From Eledone cirrhosa (Eukaryota), in contig OZ024745.1 in the NCBI GenBank assembly GCA_964016885.1, positions 5,456,001 through 5,520,000 on the forward strand: a DNA stretch of 64,000 nucleotides, written 5' to 3'. Both the position numbers and the translations under genes were made by a program. Shown in pieces: positions 39,301 to 54,300 of this stretch (positions within the stretch are counted from its first letter, which is position 1; every line of letters starts with the position of its first letter). The notes under the pieces were generated by a model that ran no database searches, was not told where the DNA came from, and worked only from the letters and a program-made list of their open reading frames with translations.

Positions 39301-42300
39301 GGTCATTGGAGCACTGGCTGCCTCCTGTGTCTCAAGACATAGATACAACTGACCATGGTCATTGGAGCACTGGCTGCCTCCTGTGTCTCAAGATGTAGAT
39401 ACAACTGACCGTGGTCATTGGAGCACTGGCTGCCTCCTGTGTCTCAAGACATAGATACAACTGACCATGGTCATTGGAGCACTGGCTGCCTCCTGTGTCT
39501 CAAGATGTAGATACAACTGACCATGGTCATTGGAGCACTGGCTGCCTCCTGTGTCTCAAGACATAGATACAACTGACCATGGTCATTGGAGCACTGGCTG
39601 CCTCCTGTGTCTCAAGACATAGATACAACTGACCACGGTCATTGGAGCACTGGCTGCCTCCTGTGTCTCAAGATGTAGATACAACTGACCATGGTCATTG
39701 GAGCACTGGCTGCCTCCTCTGTCTCAAGATGTAGATACAACTGACCGTGGTCATTGGAGCACTGGCTGCCTCCTGTGTCTCAAGATGGAGATACCACGGA
39801 CCGTGGTCATTGGAGCACTGGCTGCCTCCTGTGTCTCAAGATGTAGATACCACGGACCGTGGTCATTGGAGCACTGGCTGCCTCCTGTGTCCCAAGATGT
39901 AGATACAACTGACCGTGGTCATTGGAGCACTGGCTGCCTCCTGTGAGTCAAGATGTAGATACAACTGACCACGGTCATTGGAGCACTGGCTGCCTCCTGT
40001 GTCTCCAGATGTAGATACAACTGACCATGGTCATTGGAGCACTGGCTGCCTCCTGTGTCTCAAGACATAGATACCACGGACCGTGGTCATTGGAGCACTG
40101 GCTGCCTCCTGTGTCTCAAGACGTAGATACAACTGACCATGGTCATTGGAGCACTGGCTGCCTCCTGTGTCTCAAGATGTAGATACAACTGACCATGGTC
40201 ATTGGAGCACTGGCTGCCTCCTGTGTCTCAAGATGTAGATACAACTGACCGTGGTCATTGGAGCACTGGCTGCCTCCTGTGTCTCAAGACGTAGATACAA
40301 CTGACCAAGGTCATTGGGGAACTAGCTGGCCTTTTGTGTCTCAAGACGTAGATACAACTGACCATGGTCATTGGAGCACTGGCTGCCTCCTGTGTCTCAA
40401 GACGTAGATAAAACTGACCGTGGTCATTGGAATACTGGCTGCCTCCTGTGTCTCAAGACGTAGATACAACTGACCGTGGTCATTGGAGCACTGGCTGCCT
40501 CTTGTGTCTCAAGACGTAGATACAACTGACCGTGGTCATTGGAGCACTGGCTGCATCCTGTGTCTCAAGATGTAGATACAACTGACCGTGGTCATTGGAG
40601 CACTGGCTGCCTCTTGTGTCTCAAGACGTAGATACAACTGACCGTGGTCATTGGAGCACTGGCTGCATCCTGTGTCTCAAGATGTAGATACAACTGACCG
40701 TGGTCATTGGAACACTGGCTGCCTCCTGTGCCTCAAGATGTAGATACAACTGACCATGGTCACTAGAGCACTGGCTGCCTCCTGTGTCTCAAGATCTAGA
40801 TACAACTGACCGTGGTCATTGGAACACTGGCTGCCTCCTGTGTCTCAAGATGTAGATACAACTGACCATGGTCATTGGAGCACTGGCTGCCTCCCGTGTC
40901 TCAAGATGTAGATACAACTGACCATGGTCATTGGAGCACTGGCTGCCGCTTGTGTCTCAAGATGTAGATACAACTGACCGTGGTCATTGGAGCACTGGCT
41001 GCCGCTTGTGTCTCAAGATGGAGATACCACGGACCGTGGTCATTGGAGCACGGGCTGCCTCCTGTGTCTCAAGATGTAGATACCACGGACCGTGGTCATT
41101 GGAGCACTGGCTGCCTCCTGTGTCTCAAGACGTAGATACAACTGACCATGGTCATTGGAGCACTGGCTGCCTCCTGTGTCTCAAGATGTAGATACAACTG
41201 ACCGTGGTCATTGGAGCACTGGCTGCCTCCTGTGTCTCAAGACATAGATACAACTGACCATGGTCATTGGAGCACTGGCTGCCTCCTGTGTCTCAAGATG
41301 TAGATACAACTGACCATGGTCATTGGAGCACTGGCTGCCTCCTGTGTCTCAAGACATAGATACAACTGACCATGGTCATTGGAGCACTGGCTGCCTCCTG
41401 TGTCTCAAGACATAGATACAACTGACCATGGTCATTGGAGTACTGGCTGCCTCCTGTGTCTCAAGACATAGATACAACTGACCATGGTCATTGGAGCACT
41501 GGCTGCCTCCTGTGTCTCAAGATGTAGATACAACTGACCATGGTCATTGGAGCACTGGCTGCCTCCTGTGTCTCAAGATGTAGATACAACTGACCATGGT
41601 CATTGGAGCACTGGCTGCCTCCTGTGTCTCAAGACATAGATACAACTGACCATGGTCATTGGAGCACTGGCTGCCTCCTGTGTCTCAAGACATAGATACA
41701 ACTGACCACGGTCATTGGAGCACTGGCTGCCTCCTGTGTCTCAAGATGTAGATACAACTGACCATGGTCATTGGAGCACTGGCTGCCTCCTCTGTCTCAA
41801 GATGTAGATACAACTGACCGTGGTCATTGGAGCACTGGCTGCCTCCTGTGTCTCAAGATGGAGATACCACGGACCGTGGTCATTGGAGCACTGGCTGCCT
41901 CGTGTGTCTCAAGATGTAGATACCACGGACCGTGGTCATTGGAGCACTGGCTGCCTCCTGTGTCTCAAGATGTAGATACAACTGACCGTGGTCATTGGAG
42001 CACTGGCTGCCTCCTGTGAGTCAAGATGTAGATACAACTGACCACGGTCATTGGAGCACTGGCTGCCTCCTGTGTCTCCAGATGTAGATACAACTGACCA
42101 TGGTCATTGGAGCACTGGCTGCCTCCTGTGTCTCAAGACATAGATACCACGGACCGTGGTCATTGGAGCACTGGCTGCCTCCTGTGTCTCAAGACGTAGA
42201 TACAACTGACCATGGTCATTGGAGCACTGGCTGCCTCCTGTGTCTCAAGACATAGATACAACTGACCACGGTCATTGGAGCACTGGCTGCCTCCTGTGTC

Positions 42301-45300
42301 TCAAGATGTAGATACAACTGACCATGGTCATTGGAGCACTGGCTGCCTCCTCTGTCTCAAGATGTAGATACAACTGACCGTGGTCATTGGAGCACTGGCT
42401 GCCTCCTGTGTCTCAAGATGGAGATACCACGGACCGTGGTCATTGGAGCACTGGCTGCCTCCTGTGTCTCAAGATGTAGATACCACGGACCGTGGTCATT
42501 GGAGCACTGGCTGCCTCCTGTGTCTCAAGATGTAGATACAACTGACCGTGGTCATTGGAGCACTGGCTGCCTCCTGTGAGTCAAGATGTAGATACAACTG
42601 ACCACGGTCATTGGAGCACTGGCTGCCTCCTGTGTCTCCAGATGTAGATACAACTGACCATGGTCATTGGAGCACTGGCTGCCTCCTGTGTCTCAAGACA
42701 TAGATACCACGGACCGTGGTCATTGGAGCACTGGCTGCCTCCTGTGTCTCAAGACGTAGATACAACTGACCGTGGTCATTGGAGCACTGGCTGCCTCCTG
42801 TGTCTCAAGATGTAGATACAACTGACCATGGTCATTGGAGCACTGGCTGCCTCCTGTGTCTCAAGATGTAGATACAACTGACCGTGGTCATTGGAGCACT
42901 GGCTGCCTCCTGTGTCTCAAGACGTAGATACAACTGACCAAGGTCATTGGGGAACTAGCTGGCCTTTTGTGTCTCAAGACGTAGATACAACTGACCATGG
43001 TCATTGGAGCACTGGCTGCCTCCTGTGAGTCAAGATGTAGATACAACTGACCACGGTCATTGGAGCACTGGCTGCATCCTGTGTCTCAAGATGTAGATAC
43101 AACTGACCGTGGTCATTGGAGCACTGGCTGCCTCTTGTGTCTCAAGACGTAGATACAACTGACCGTGGTCATTGGAGCACTGGCTGCATCCTGTGTCTCA
43201 AGATGTAGATACAACTGACCGTGGTCATTGGAACACTGGCTGCCTCCTGTGCCTCAAGATGTAGATACAACTGACCATGGTCACTAGAGCACTGGCTGCC
43301 TCCTGTGTCTCAAGATCTAGATACAACTGACCGTGGTCATTGGAACACTGGCTGCCTCCTGTGTCTCAAGATGTAGATACAACTGACCATGGTCATTGGA
43401 GCACTGGCTGCCTCCTGTGTCTCAAGATGTAGATACAACTGACCGTGGTCATTGGAGCACTGGCTGCCGCTTGTGTCTCAAGATGGAGATACCACGGACC
43501 GTGGTCATTGGAGCACGGGCTGCCTCCTGTGTCTCAAGATGTAGATACCACGGACCGTGGTCATTGGAGCACTGGCTGCCTCCTGTGTCTCAAGACGTAG
43601 ATACAACTGACCATGGTCATTGGAGCACTGGCTGCCTCCTGTGTCTCAAGATGTAGATACAACTGACCATGGTCATTGGAGCACTGGCTGCCTCCTGTGT
43701 CTCAAGATGTAGATACAACTGACCATGGTCATTGGAGCACTGGCTGCCTCCTGTGTCTCAAGATGTAGATACAACTGACCGTGGTCATTGGAGCACTGGC
43801 TGCCTCCTCTGTCTCAAGATGTAGATACAACTGACCATGGTCATTGGAGCACTGGCTGCCTCCTGTGTCTCAAGACATAGATACAACTGACCATGGTCAT
43901 TGGAGCACTGGCTGCCTCCTGTGTCTCAAGATGTAGATACAACTGACCGTGGTCATTGGAGCACTGGCTGCCTCCTGTGTCTCAAGACGTAGATACAACT
44001 GACCATTGTCATTGGAGCACTGGCTGCCTCCTGTGTCTCAAGACGTAGATACAACTGACCATTGTCATTGGAGCACTGGCTGCCTCCTGTGTCTCAAGAC
44101 GTAGATACAACTGACCATGGTCATTGGAGCACTGGCTGCCTCCTGTGTCTCAAGACGTAGATACAACTGACCATTGTCATTGGAGCACTGGCTGCCTCCT
44201 GTGTCTCAAGATGTAGATACAACTGACCATGGTCATTGGAGCACTGGCTGCCTCCTGTGTCTCAAGATGTAGATACAACTGACCATGGTCATTGGGGAAC
44301 TGGCTGCCTCCTGTGTCTCAAGATGTAGATACAACTGACCATGGTCATTGGAGCACTGGCTGCCTCCTGTGTCTCAAGATGTAGATACAACTGACCATGG
44401 TCATTGGGGAACTGGCTGCCTCCTGTGTCTCAAGATGTAGATACAACTGACCGTGGTCATTGGAGCACTGGCTGCCTCCTGTGTCTCAAGATGTAGATAC
44501 AACTGACCATGGTCATTGGAGCACTGGCTGCCTCCTGTGTCTCAAGATGTAGATACAACTGACCATGGTCATTGGGGAACTGGCTGCCTCCTGTGTCTCA
44601 AGATGTAGATACAACTGACCGTGGTCATTGGAGCACTGGCTGCCTCCTGTGTCTCAAGATGTAGATACAACTGACCATGGTCATTGGAGCACTGGCTGCC
44701 TCCTCTGTCTCAAGATGTAGATACAACTGACCATGGTCATTGGAACACTGGCTGCCTCCTGTGTCTCAAGATGTAGATACAACTGACCATGGTCATTGGA
44801 GCACTGGCTGCCTCCTGTGTCTCAAGATGTAGATACAACTGACCATGGTCATTGGGGAACTGGCTGCCTCCTGTGTCTCAAGATGTAGATACAACTGACC
44901 ATGGTCATTGGAGCACTGGCTGCCTCCTGTGTCTCAAATGTAGATACAACTGACCATGGTCATTGGAGCACTGGCTGCCTCCTCTGTCTCAAGATGTAGA
45001 TACAACTGACCATGGTCATTGGAACACTGGCTGCCTCCTGTGTCTCAAGATGTAGATACAACTGACCATGGTCATTGGAGCACTGGCTGCCTCCTGTGTC
45101 TCAAGATGTAGATACCACGGACCCTGGTCATTGGAGCACTGGCTGCCTCCTGTGTCTCAAGACGTAGATACAACTGACCATGGTCATTGGAGCACTGGCT
45201 GCCTCCTGTGTCTCAAGATGTAGATACAACTGACCATGGTCATTGGAGCACTGGCTGCCTCCTGTGTCTCAAGATGTAGATACAACTGACCATGGTCATT

Positions 45301-48300
45301 GGAGCACTGGCTGCCTCCTGTGTCTCAAGATGTAGATACAACTGACCATGGTCATTGGAGCACTGGCTGCCTCCTCTGTCTCAAGATGTAGATACAACTG
45401 ACCATGGTCATTGGAACACTGGCTGCCTCCTGTGTCTCAAGATGTAGATACAACTGACCATGGTCATTGGAGCACTGGCTGCCTCCTGTGTCTCAAGATG
45501 TAGATACCACGGACCGTGGTCATTGGAGCACTGGCTGCCTCCTGTGTCTCAAGACGTAGATACAACTGACCATGGTCATTGGAGCACTGGCTGCCTCCTG
45601 TGTCTCAAGACGTAGATACAACTGACCATGGTCATTGGAGCACTGGCTGCCTCCTGTGTCTCAAGATGTAGATACAACTGACCGTGGTCATTGGAGCACT
45701 GGCTGCCTCCTGTGTCTCAAGATGTAGATACAACTGACCATGGTCATTGGAGCACTGGCTGCCTCCTGTGTCTCAAGATGTAGATACAACTAAACCGTGG
45801 TCACTAGAGCACTGGCTGCCTCCTGTGTCTCAAGATGTAGATAACTGACCGTGGTCATTGGAGCACTGGCTGCCTCCTGTGTCTCAAGATGTAGATACAA
45901 CTGACCGTGGTCATTGGAGCACTGGCTGCCTCCTGTGTCTCAATATCTAGATACAACTGACCGTGGTCATTGGAGCACTGGCTGCCTCCTGTGTCTCAAG
46001 ACGTAGATACAACTGACCAAGGTCATTGGGGAACTAGCTGGCCTTTTGTGTCTCAAGACGTAGATACAACTGACCATGGTCATTGGAGCACTGGCTGCCT
46101 CCTGTGTCTCAAGACGTAGATAAAACTGACCGTGGTCATTGGAATACTGGCTGCCTCCTGTGTCTCAAGACGTAGATACAACTGACCGTGGTCATTGGAG
46201 CACTGGCTGCCTCCTGTGTCTCAAGATGTAGATACAACTGACCGTGGTCATTGGAGCACTGGCTGCCTCCTGTGTCTCAAGACGTAGATACAACTGACCG
46301 TGGTCATTGGAGAACTGGCTGCCTCCTGTGTCTGAAGATGTAGATACAACTGACCATGGTCACTAGAGCACTGGCTGCCTCCTGTGTCTCAAGATGTAGA
46401 TACAACTGACCATGGTCATTGGAGCACTGGCTGCCTCCTGTGTCTCAAGATGTAGATACAACTGACCGTGGTCATTGGAGCACTGGCTGCCTCTTGTGTC
46501 TCAAGACGTAGATACAACTGACCGTGGTCATTGGAGCACTGGCTGCATCCTGTGTCTCAAGATGTAGATACAACTGACCGTGGTCATTGGAACACTGGCT
46601 GCCTCCTGTGTCTCAAGATGTAGATACAACTGACCATGGTCACTAGAGCACTGGCTGCCTCCTGTGTCTCAAGATCTAGATACAACTGACCGTGGTCATT
46701 GGAACACTGGCTGCCTCCTGTGTCTCAAGATGTAGATACAACTGACCATGGTCATTGGAGCACTGGCTGCCTCCTGTGTCTCAAGATGTAGATACAACTG
46801 ACCGTGGTCATTGGAGCACTGGCTGCCTCCTGTGTCTCAAGATGTAGATACAACTGACCATGGTCATTGGAGCACTGGCTGCCTCCTGTGTCTCAAGATG
46901 TAGATACAACTGACCGTGGTCATTGGAGCACTGGCTGCCTCCTGTGTCTCAAGATGTAGATACAACTGACCGTGGTCATTGGAGCACTGGCTGCCTCCTG
47001 TGTATCAAGATGTAGATACAACTGACCATGGTCATTGGAGCACTGGCTGCCTCCTGTGTCTCAAGATGTAGATACAACTGACCATGGTCATTGGAGCACT
47101 GGCTGCCTCCTGTGTCTCAAGATGTAGATACAACTGACCATGGTCATTGGAGCACTGGCTGCCTCCTGTGTCTCAAGATGTAGATGCAACTGACCATGGT
47201 CATTGGAGCACTGGCTGCCTCCTGTGTCTCAAGATGTAGATACAACTGACCGTGGTCATTGGAGCACTGGCTGCCTCCTGTGTCTCAAGATGTAGATACA
47301 ACTGACCGTGGTCATTGGAGCACTGGCTGCCTCCCGTGTCTCAAGATGTAGATACAACTGACCATGGTCATTGGAGCACTGGCTGCCTCCTGTGTCTCAA
47401 GATGTAGATACAACTGACCGTGGTCATTGGAGCACTGGCTGCCTCCTGTGTCTCAAGATGTAGATACAACTGACCGTGGTCATTGGAGCACTGGCTGCCT
47501 CCTGTGTATCAAGACGTAGATACAACTGACCGTGGTCATTGGAGCACTGGCTGCATCCTGTGTCTAAAGACATAGATACAACTGACCGTGGTCATTGGAA
47601 CACTGGATGCCTCCTGTGTCTCAAGACATAGATACAACTGACCACGGTCATTTGAGCACTGGATGCCTCCTGTGTCTCAAGACATAGATACAACTGACCA
47701 TGGTCATTGGAACACTGGCTGCCTCCTGTGAGTCAAGATGTAGATACAACTGACCATGGTCATTGGAGCACTGGCTGCCTCCTGTGTCTCAAGATGTTGA
47801 TACAACTGACCGTGGTCATTGGAGCACTGGCTGCCTCCTGTGTCTCAAGATGTAGATACAACTGACCATGGTCATTGGGGCACTGGCTGCCTCCTGTATC
47901 TCAAGATGTAGATACAACTGACCATGGTCATTGGAGCACTGGCTGCCTCCTGTGTCTCAAGATGTAGATACAACTGACCATGGTCATTGGGGCACTGGCT
48001 GCCTCCTGTATCTCAAGATGTAGGTACAACTGACCATGGTCATTGGAGCACTGGCTGCCTCCTGTGTCTCAAGATGTAGATACAACTGACCATGGTCATT
48101 GGAGCACTGGCTGCCTCCTGTGTCTCAAGATGTAGATACAACTGACCATGGTCATTGGGGCACTGGCTGCCTCCTGTGTCTCAAGACATAGATACAACTG
48201 ACCATGGTCATTGGAGCACTGGCTGCCTCCTGTGTCTCAAGATGTAGATACAACTAACCATGGTCATTGGAGCACTGGCTGCCTCCTGTGTCTCAAGACA

Positions 48301-51300
48301 TAGATACAACTGACCATGGTCATTGGAGCACTGGCTGCCTCCTGTGTCTCAAGATGTAGATACAACTGACCGTGGTCATTGGAGCACTGGCTGCCTCCTG
48401 TGTCTCAAGATGTAGATACAACTGACCGTGGTCATTGGAGCACTGGCTGCCTCCTGTGTCTCAAGATGTAGATACAACTGACCGTGGTCATTGGAGCACT
48501 GGCTGCCTCCTGTGTCTCAAGACATAGATACAACTGACCATGGTCATTGGAGCACTGGCTGCCTCCTGTGTCTCAAGATGTAGATACAACTAACCGTGGT
48601 CATTGGAGCACTGGCTGCCTCCTGTGTCTCAAGACATAGATACAACTGACCATGGTCATTGGAGCACTGGCTGCCTCCTGTGTCTCAAGATGTAGATACA
48701 ACTGACCGTGGTCATTGGAGCACTGGCTGCCTCCTGTGTCTCAAGACATAGATACAACTGACCATGGTCATTGGAGCACTGGCTGCCTCCTGTGTCTCAA
48801 GACATAGATACAACTGACCATGGTCATTGGAGCACTGGCTGCCTCCTGTGTCTCAAGATGTAGATACAACTGACCGTGGTCATTGGAACACTGGCTGCCT
48901 CGTGTCTCAAGACGTAGATACAACTGACCGTGGTCATTGGAGCCCTGGCTGCATCCTGTGTCTAAAGACACAGATACAACTAACCGTGGTCATTGGAACA
49001 CTGGATGCCTCCTGTGTCTCAAGACATAGATACAACTGACCACGGTCATTTGAGCACTGGATGCCTCCTGTATCTCAAGATCTAGATAAACTGACCGTGG
49101 TCATTGGAGCACTGGCTGCCTCCTGTGTCTCAAGATGTAGATACAACTGACCGTGGTCATTGGAGCACTGGCTGCCTCCTGCATCTCAAGATCTAGATAC
49201 AACTGACCGTGGTCATTGGAGCACTGGCTGCCTCCTGTGTCTCAAGATGTAGATACAACTGACCATGGTCATTGGAGCACTGGCTGCCTCCTGTGTCTCA
49301 AGACGTAGATACAACTGACCGTGGTCATTGGGGCACAGGCTGCCTGTTGTGTCTCAAGATGTAGATACAACTGACCATGGTCATTGGAGCACTGGCTGCC
49401 TCCTGTGTCTCAAGACGTAGATAAAACTGACCATGGTCATTGGAGCACAGGCTGCCTCCTGTGTGTCAAGACGTAGATAACTGACCGTGGTCATTGGAGC
49501 ACTGGCTGCCTCCTGTGTCTCAAGATGTAGATACAACTGACCGTGGTCATTGGAACACTGGCTGCCTCCTGTGTCTCAAGACGTAGATACAACTGACCGT
49601 GGTCATTGGAGCACTGGCTGCATCCTGTGTCTAAAGACATAGATACAACTGAGCGTGGTCATTGGAACACTGGCTGCCTCCTGTGTCTCAAGACATAGAT
49701 ACAACTGACCATGGTCATTGGAGCACTGGCTGCCTCCTGTGTCTCAAGATGTAGATACAACTGACCGTGGTCATTGGAGCACTGGCTGCCTCCTGTGTCT
49801 CAAGATGTAGATACAACTGACCATGGTCATTGGAACACTGGCTGCCTCCTGTGAGTCAAGATGTAGATACAACTGACCGTGGTCATTGGAGCACTGGCTG
49901 CCTCCCGTGTCTCAAGATGTAGATACAACTGACCATGGTCATTGGAACACTGGCTGCCTCCTGTGAGTCAAGATGTAGATACAACTGACCGTGGTCATTG
50001 GAGCACTGGCTGCCTCCTGTGTCTCAAGATGTAGATACAACTGACCGTGGTCATTGGAGCACTGGCTGCCTCCTGTGTCTCAAGATGTAGATACAACTGA
50101 CCATGGTCATTGGAGCACTGGCTGCCTCCTGTGTCTCAAGACATAGATACAACTGACCGTGGTCATTGGAGCACTGGCTGCCTCCTGTGTCTCAAGACAT
50201 AGATACAACTGACCGTGGTCATTGGAGCACTGGCTGCCTCCTGTGTCTCAAGACATAGATACAACTGACCGTGGTCATTGGAGCACTGGCTGCCTCCTGT
50301 GTCTCAAGACATAGATACAACTGACCATGGTCATTGGAGCACTGGCTGCCTCCTGTGTCTCAAGATGTAGATACAACTGACCGTGGTCATTGGAGCACTG
50401 GCTGCCTCCTGTGTCTCAAGATGTAGATACAACTGACCATGGTCATTGGAACACTGGCTGCCTCCTGTGAGTCAAGATGTAGATACAACTGACCGTGGTC
50501 ATTGGAGCACTGGCTGCCTCCCGTGTCTCAAGATGTAGATACAACTGACCATGGTCATTGGAACACTGGCTGCCTCCTGTGAGTCAAGATGTAGATACAA
50601 CTGACCGTGGTCATTGGAGCACTGACTGCCTCCCGTGTCTCAAGATGTAGATACAACTGACCGTGGTCATTGGAGCACTGGCTGCCTCCTGTGTCTCAAG
50701 ATGTAGATACAACTGACCATGGTCATTGGAGCACTGGCTGCCTCCTGTGTCTCAAGATGTAGATACAACTGACCGTGGTCATTGGAGCACTGGCTGCCTC
50801 CTGTGTCTCAAGATGTAGATACAACTGACCATGGTCATTGGAGCACTGGCTGCCTCCTGTGTCTCAAGACATAGATACAACTGACCGTGGTCATTGGAGC
50901 ACTGGCTGCCTCCTGTGTCTCAAGACATAGATACAACTGACCGTGGTCATTGGAGCACTGGCTGCCTCCTGTGTCTCAAGACATAGATACAACTGACCAT
51001 GGTCATTGGAGCACTGGCTGCCTCCTGTGTCTCAAGATCTAGATACAACTGACCGTGGTCATTGGAGCACTGGCTGCCTCCTGTGTCTCAAGACATAGAT
51101 ACAACTGACCGTGGTCATTGGAACACTGGATGCCTCCTGTGTCTCAAGACATAGATACAACTGACCACGGTCATTTGAGCACTGGCTGCCACCTGTGTCT
51201 CAAGACATAGATACAACTGACCATGGTCATTGGAGCACTGGCTGCCTCCTGTGTCTCAAGATGTAGATACAACTGACCGTGGTCATTGGAGCACTGGCTG

Positions 51301-54300
51301 CCTCCTGTGTCTCAAGATGTAGATACAACTGACCATGGTCATTGGAGCACTGGCTGCCTCCTGTGTCTCAAGATGTAGATACAACTGACCGTGGTCATTG
51401 GAGCACTGGCTGCCTCCTGTGTCTCAAGATGTAGATACAACTGACCGTGGTCATTGGAGCACTGGCTGCCTCCTGTGTCTCAAGATGTAGATACAACTGA
51501 CCGTGGTCATTGGAGCACTGGCTGCCTCCTGTGTCTCAAGATGTAGATACAACTGACCATGGTCATTGGAGCACTGGCTGCCTCCTGTGTCTCAAGATGT
51601 AGATACAACTGACCATGGTCATTGGAGCACTGGCTGCCTCCCGTGTCTCAAGATGTAGATACAACTGACCATGGTCATTGGAACACTGGCTGCCTCCTGT
51701 GTCTCAAGATGTAGATACAACTGACCGTGGTCATTGGAGCACTGGCTGCCTCCTGTGTCTCAAGATGTAGATACAACTGACCGTGGTCATTGGAGCACTG
51801 GCTGCCTCCCGTGTCTCAAGATGTAGATACAACTGACCATGGTCATTGGAACACTGGCTGCCTCCTGTGTCTCAAGATGTAGATACAACTGACCGTGGTC
51901 ATTGGAGCACTGGCTGCCTCCTGTGTCTCAAGATGTAGATACAACTGACCATGGTCATTGGAGCACTGGCTGCCTCCTGTGTCTCAAGATGTAGATACAA
52001 CTGACCATGGTCATTGGAGCACTGGCTGCCCCCGTGTCTCAAGATGTAGATACAACTGACCATGGTCATTGGAACACTGGCTGCCTCCTGTGTCTCAAGA
52101 TGTAGATACAACTGACCATGGTCATTGGAGCACTGGCTGCCTCCTGTGTCTCAAGATGTAGATACAACTGACCGTGGTCATTGGAGCACTGGCTGCCTCC
52201 TGTGTCTCAAGATGTAGATACAACTGACCATGGTCATTGGAGCACTGGCTGCATCCTGTGTCTCAAGATGTAGATACAACTGACCATGGTCATTGGAGCA
52301 CTGGCTGCCTCCTGTGTCTCAAGACATAGATACAACTGACCGTGGTCATTGGAGCACTGGCTGCCTCCTGTGTCTCAAGATGTAGATACAACTGACCATG
52401 GTCATTGGAGCACTGGCTGCCTCCTGTGTCTCAAGATGTAGATACAACTGACCGTGGTCATTGGAGCACTGGCTGCCTCCTGTGTCTCAAGACATAGATA
52501 CAACAGACCGTGGTCATTGGAGCACTGGCTGCCTCCTCTGTCTCAAGACATAGATACAACTGACCATGGTCATTGGAGCACTGGCTGCCTCCTGTCTCTC
52601 AAGATGTAGATACAACTGACCGTGGTCATTGGAGCACTGGCTGCCTCCTGTGTCTCAAGATGTAGATACAACTGACCGTGGTCATTGGAGCACTGGCTGC
52701 CTCCTGTGTCTCAAGACATAGATACAACTGACCGTGGTCATTGGAGCACTGGCTGCCTCCTGTGTCTCAAGATGTAGATACAACTGACCGTGGTCATTGG
52801 AGCACTGGCTGCCTCCTGTGTCTCAAGATGTAGATACAACTGACCATGGTCATTGGAGCACTGGCTGCCTCCTGTGTCTCAAGATGTAGATACAACTGAC
52901 CGTGGTCATTGGAACACTGGCTGCCTCTTGTGTCTCAAGACGTAGATACAACTGACCGTGGTCATTGGAGCACTGGCTGCATCCTGTGTCTAAAGACATA
53001 GATACAACTGACCATGTTCATTGGACCACTGGCTGCCTCCTGTGTCTAAAGACATAGATACAACTGACCGTGGTCATTGGAGCACTGGCTGCATCCTGTG
53101 TCTAAAGACATAGATACAACTGACCGTGGTCATTGGAACACTGGATGCCTCCTGTGTCTCAAGACATAGATACAACTGACCACGGTCATTTGAGCACTGG
53201 ATGCCTCCTGTGTCTCAAGACATAGATACAACTGACCATGGTCATTGGAGCACTGGCTGCCTCCCGTGTCTCAAGATGTAGATACAACTGACCGTGGTCA
53301 TTGGAGCACTGGCTGCCTCCTGTGTCTCAAGATGTAGATACAACTGAACATGGTCATTGGAGCACTGGCTGCCTCCTGTGTCTCAAGATCTAGATACAAT
53401 TGACCATGGTCATTGGAGCACTGGCTGCCTCCTGTGTCTCAAGATGTAGATACAACTGACCGTGGTCATTGGAGCACTGGCTGCCTGCTGTGTCTCAAGA
53501 CATAGATACAACTGACCATGGTCATTGGAGCACTGGCTGCCTCCTGTGTCTCAAGACATAGATACAACTGACCATGGTCATTGGAGCACTGGCTGCCTCC
53601 TGTGTATCAAGATGTAGATACAACTGACCGTGGTCATTGGAGCACTGGCTGCCTCCTGTGTCTCAAGATCTAGATAAAACTGACCATGGTCATTGGAGCA
53701 CTGGCTGCCTCCTGTGTCTCAAGATGTAGATACAACTGACCGTGGTCATTGGAGCACTGGCTGCCTCCTGTGTCTCAAGATGTAGATACAACTGACCGTG
53801 GTCATTGGAGCACTGGCTGCCTCCTGTGTCTCAAGATGTAGATACAACTGACCATGGTCATTGGGGCACTGGCTGCCTCCTGTATCTCAAGATCTAGATA
53901 CAACTGACCGTGGTCATTGGAGCACTGGCTGCCTCCTGTGTCTCAAGATGTAGATACAACTGACCGTGGTCATTGGAGCACTGGCTGCCTCCTGTGTCTC
54001 AAGACATAGATACAACTGACCATGGTCATTGGAGCACTGGCTGCCTCCTGTGCCTCAAGATGTAGATACAACTGACCGTGGTCATTGGAGCACTGGCTGC
54101 CTCCTGTGTCTCAAGACATAGATACAACTGACCATGGTCATTGGAGCACTGGCTGGCCTCCTGTGTCTCAAGATGTAGATACAACTGACCATGGTCATTG
54201 GAGCACTGGCTGCCTCCTGTGTCTCAAGATGTAGATACAACTGACCGTGGTCATTGGAACACTGGCTGCCTCCTGTGTCTCAAGATGTAGATACAACTGA

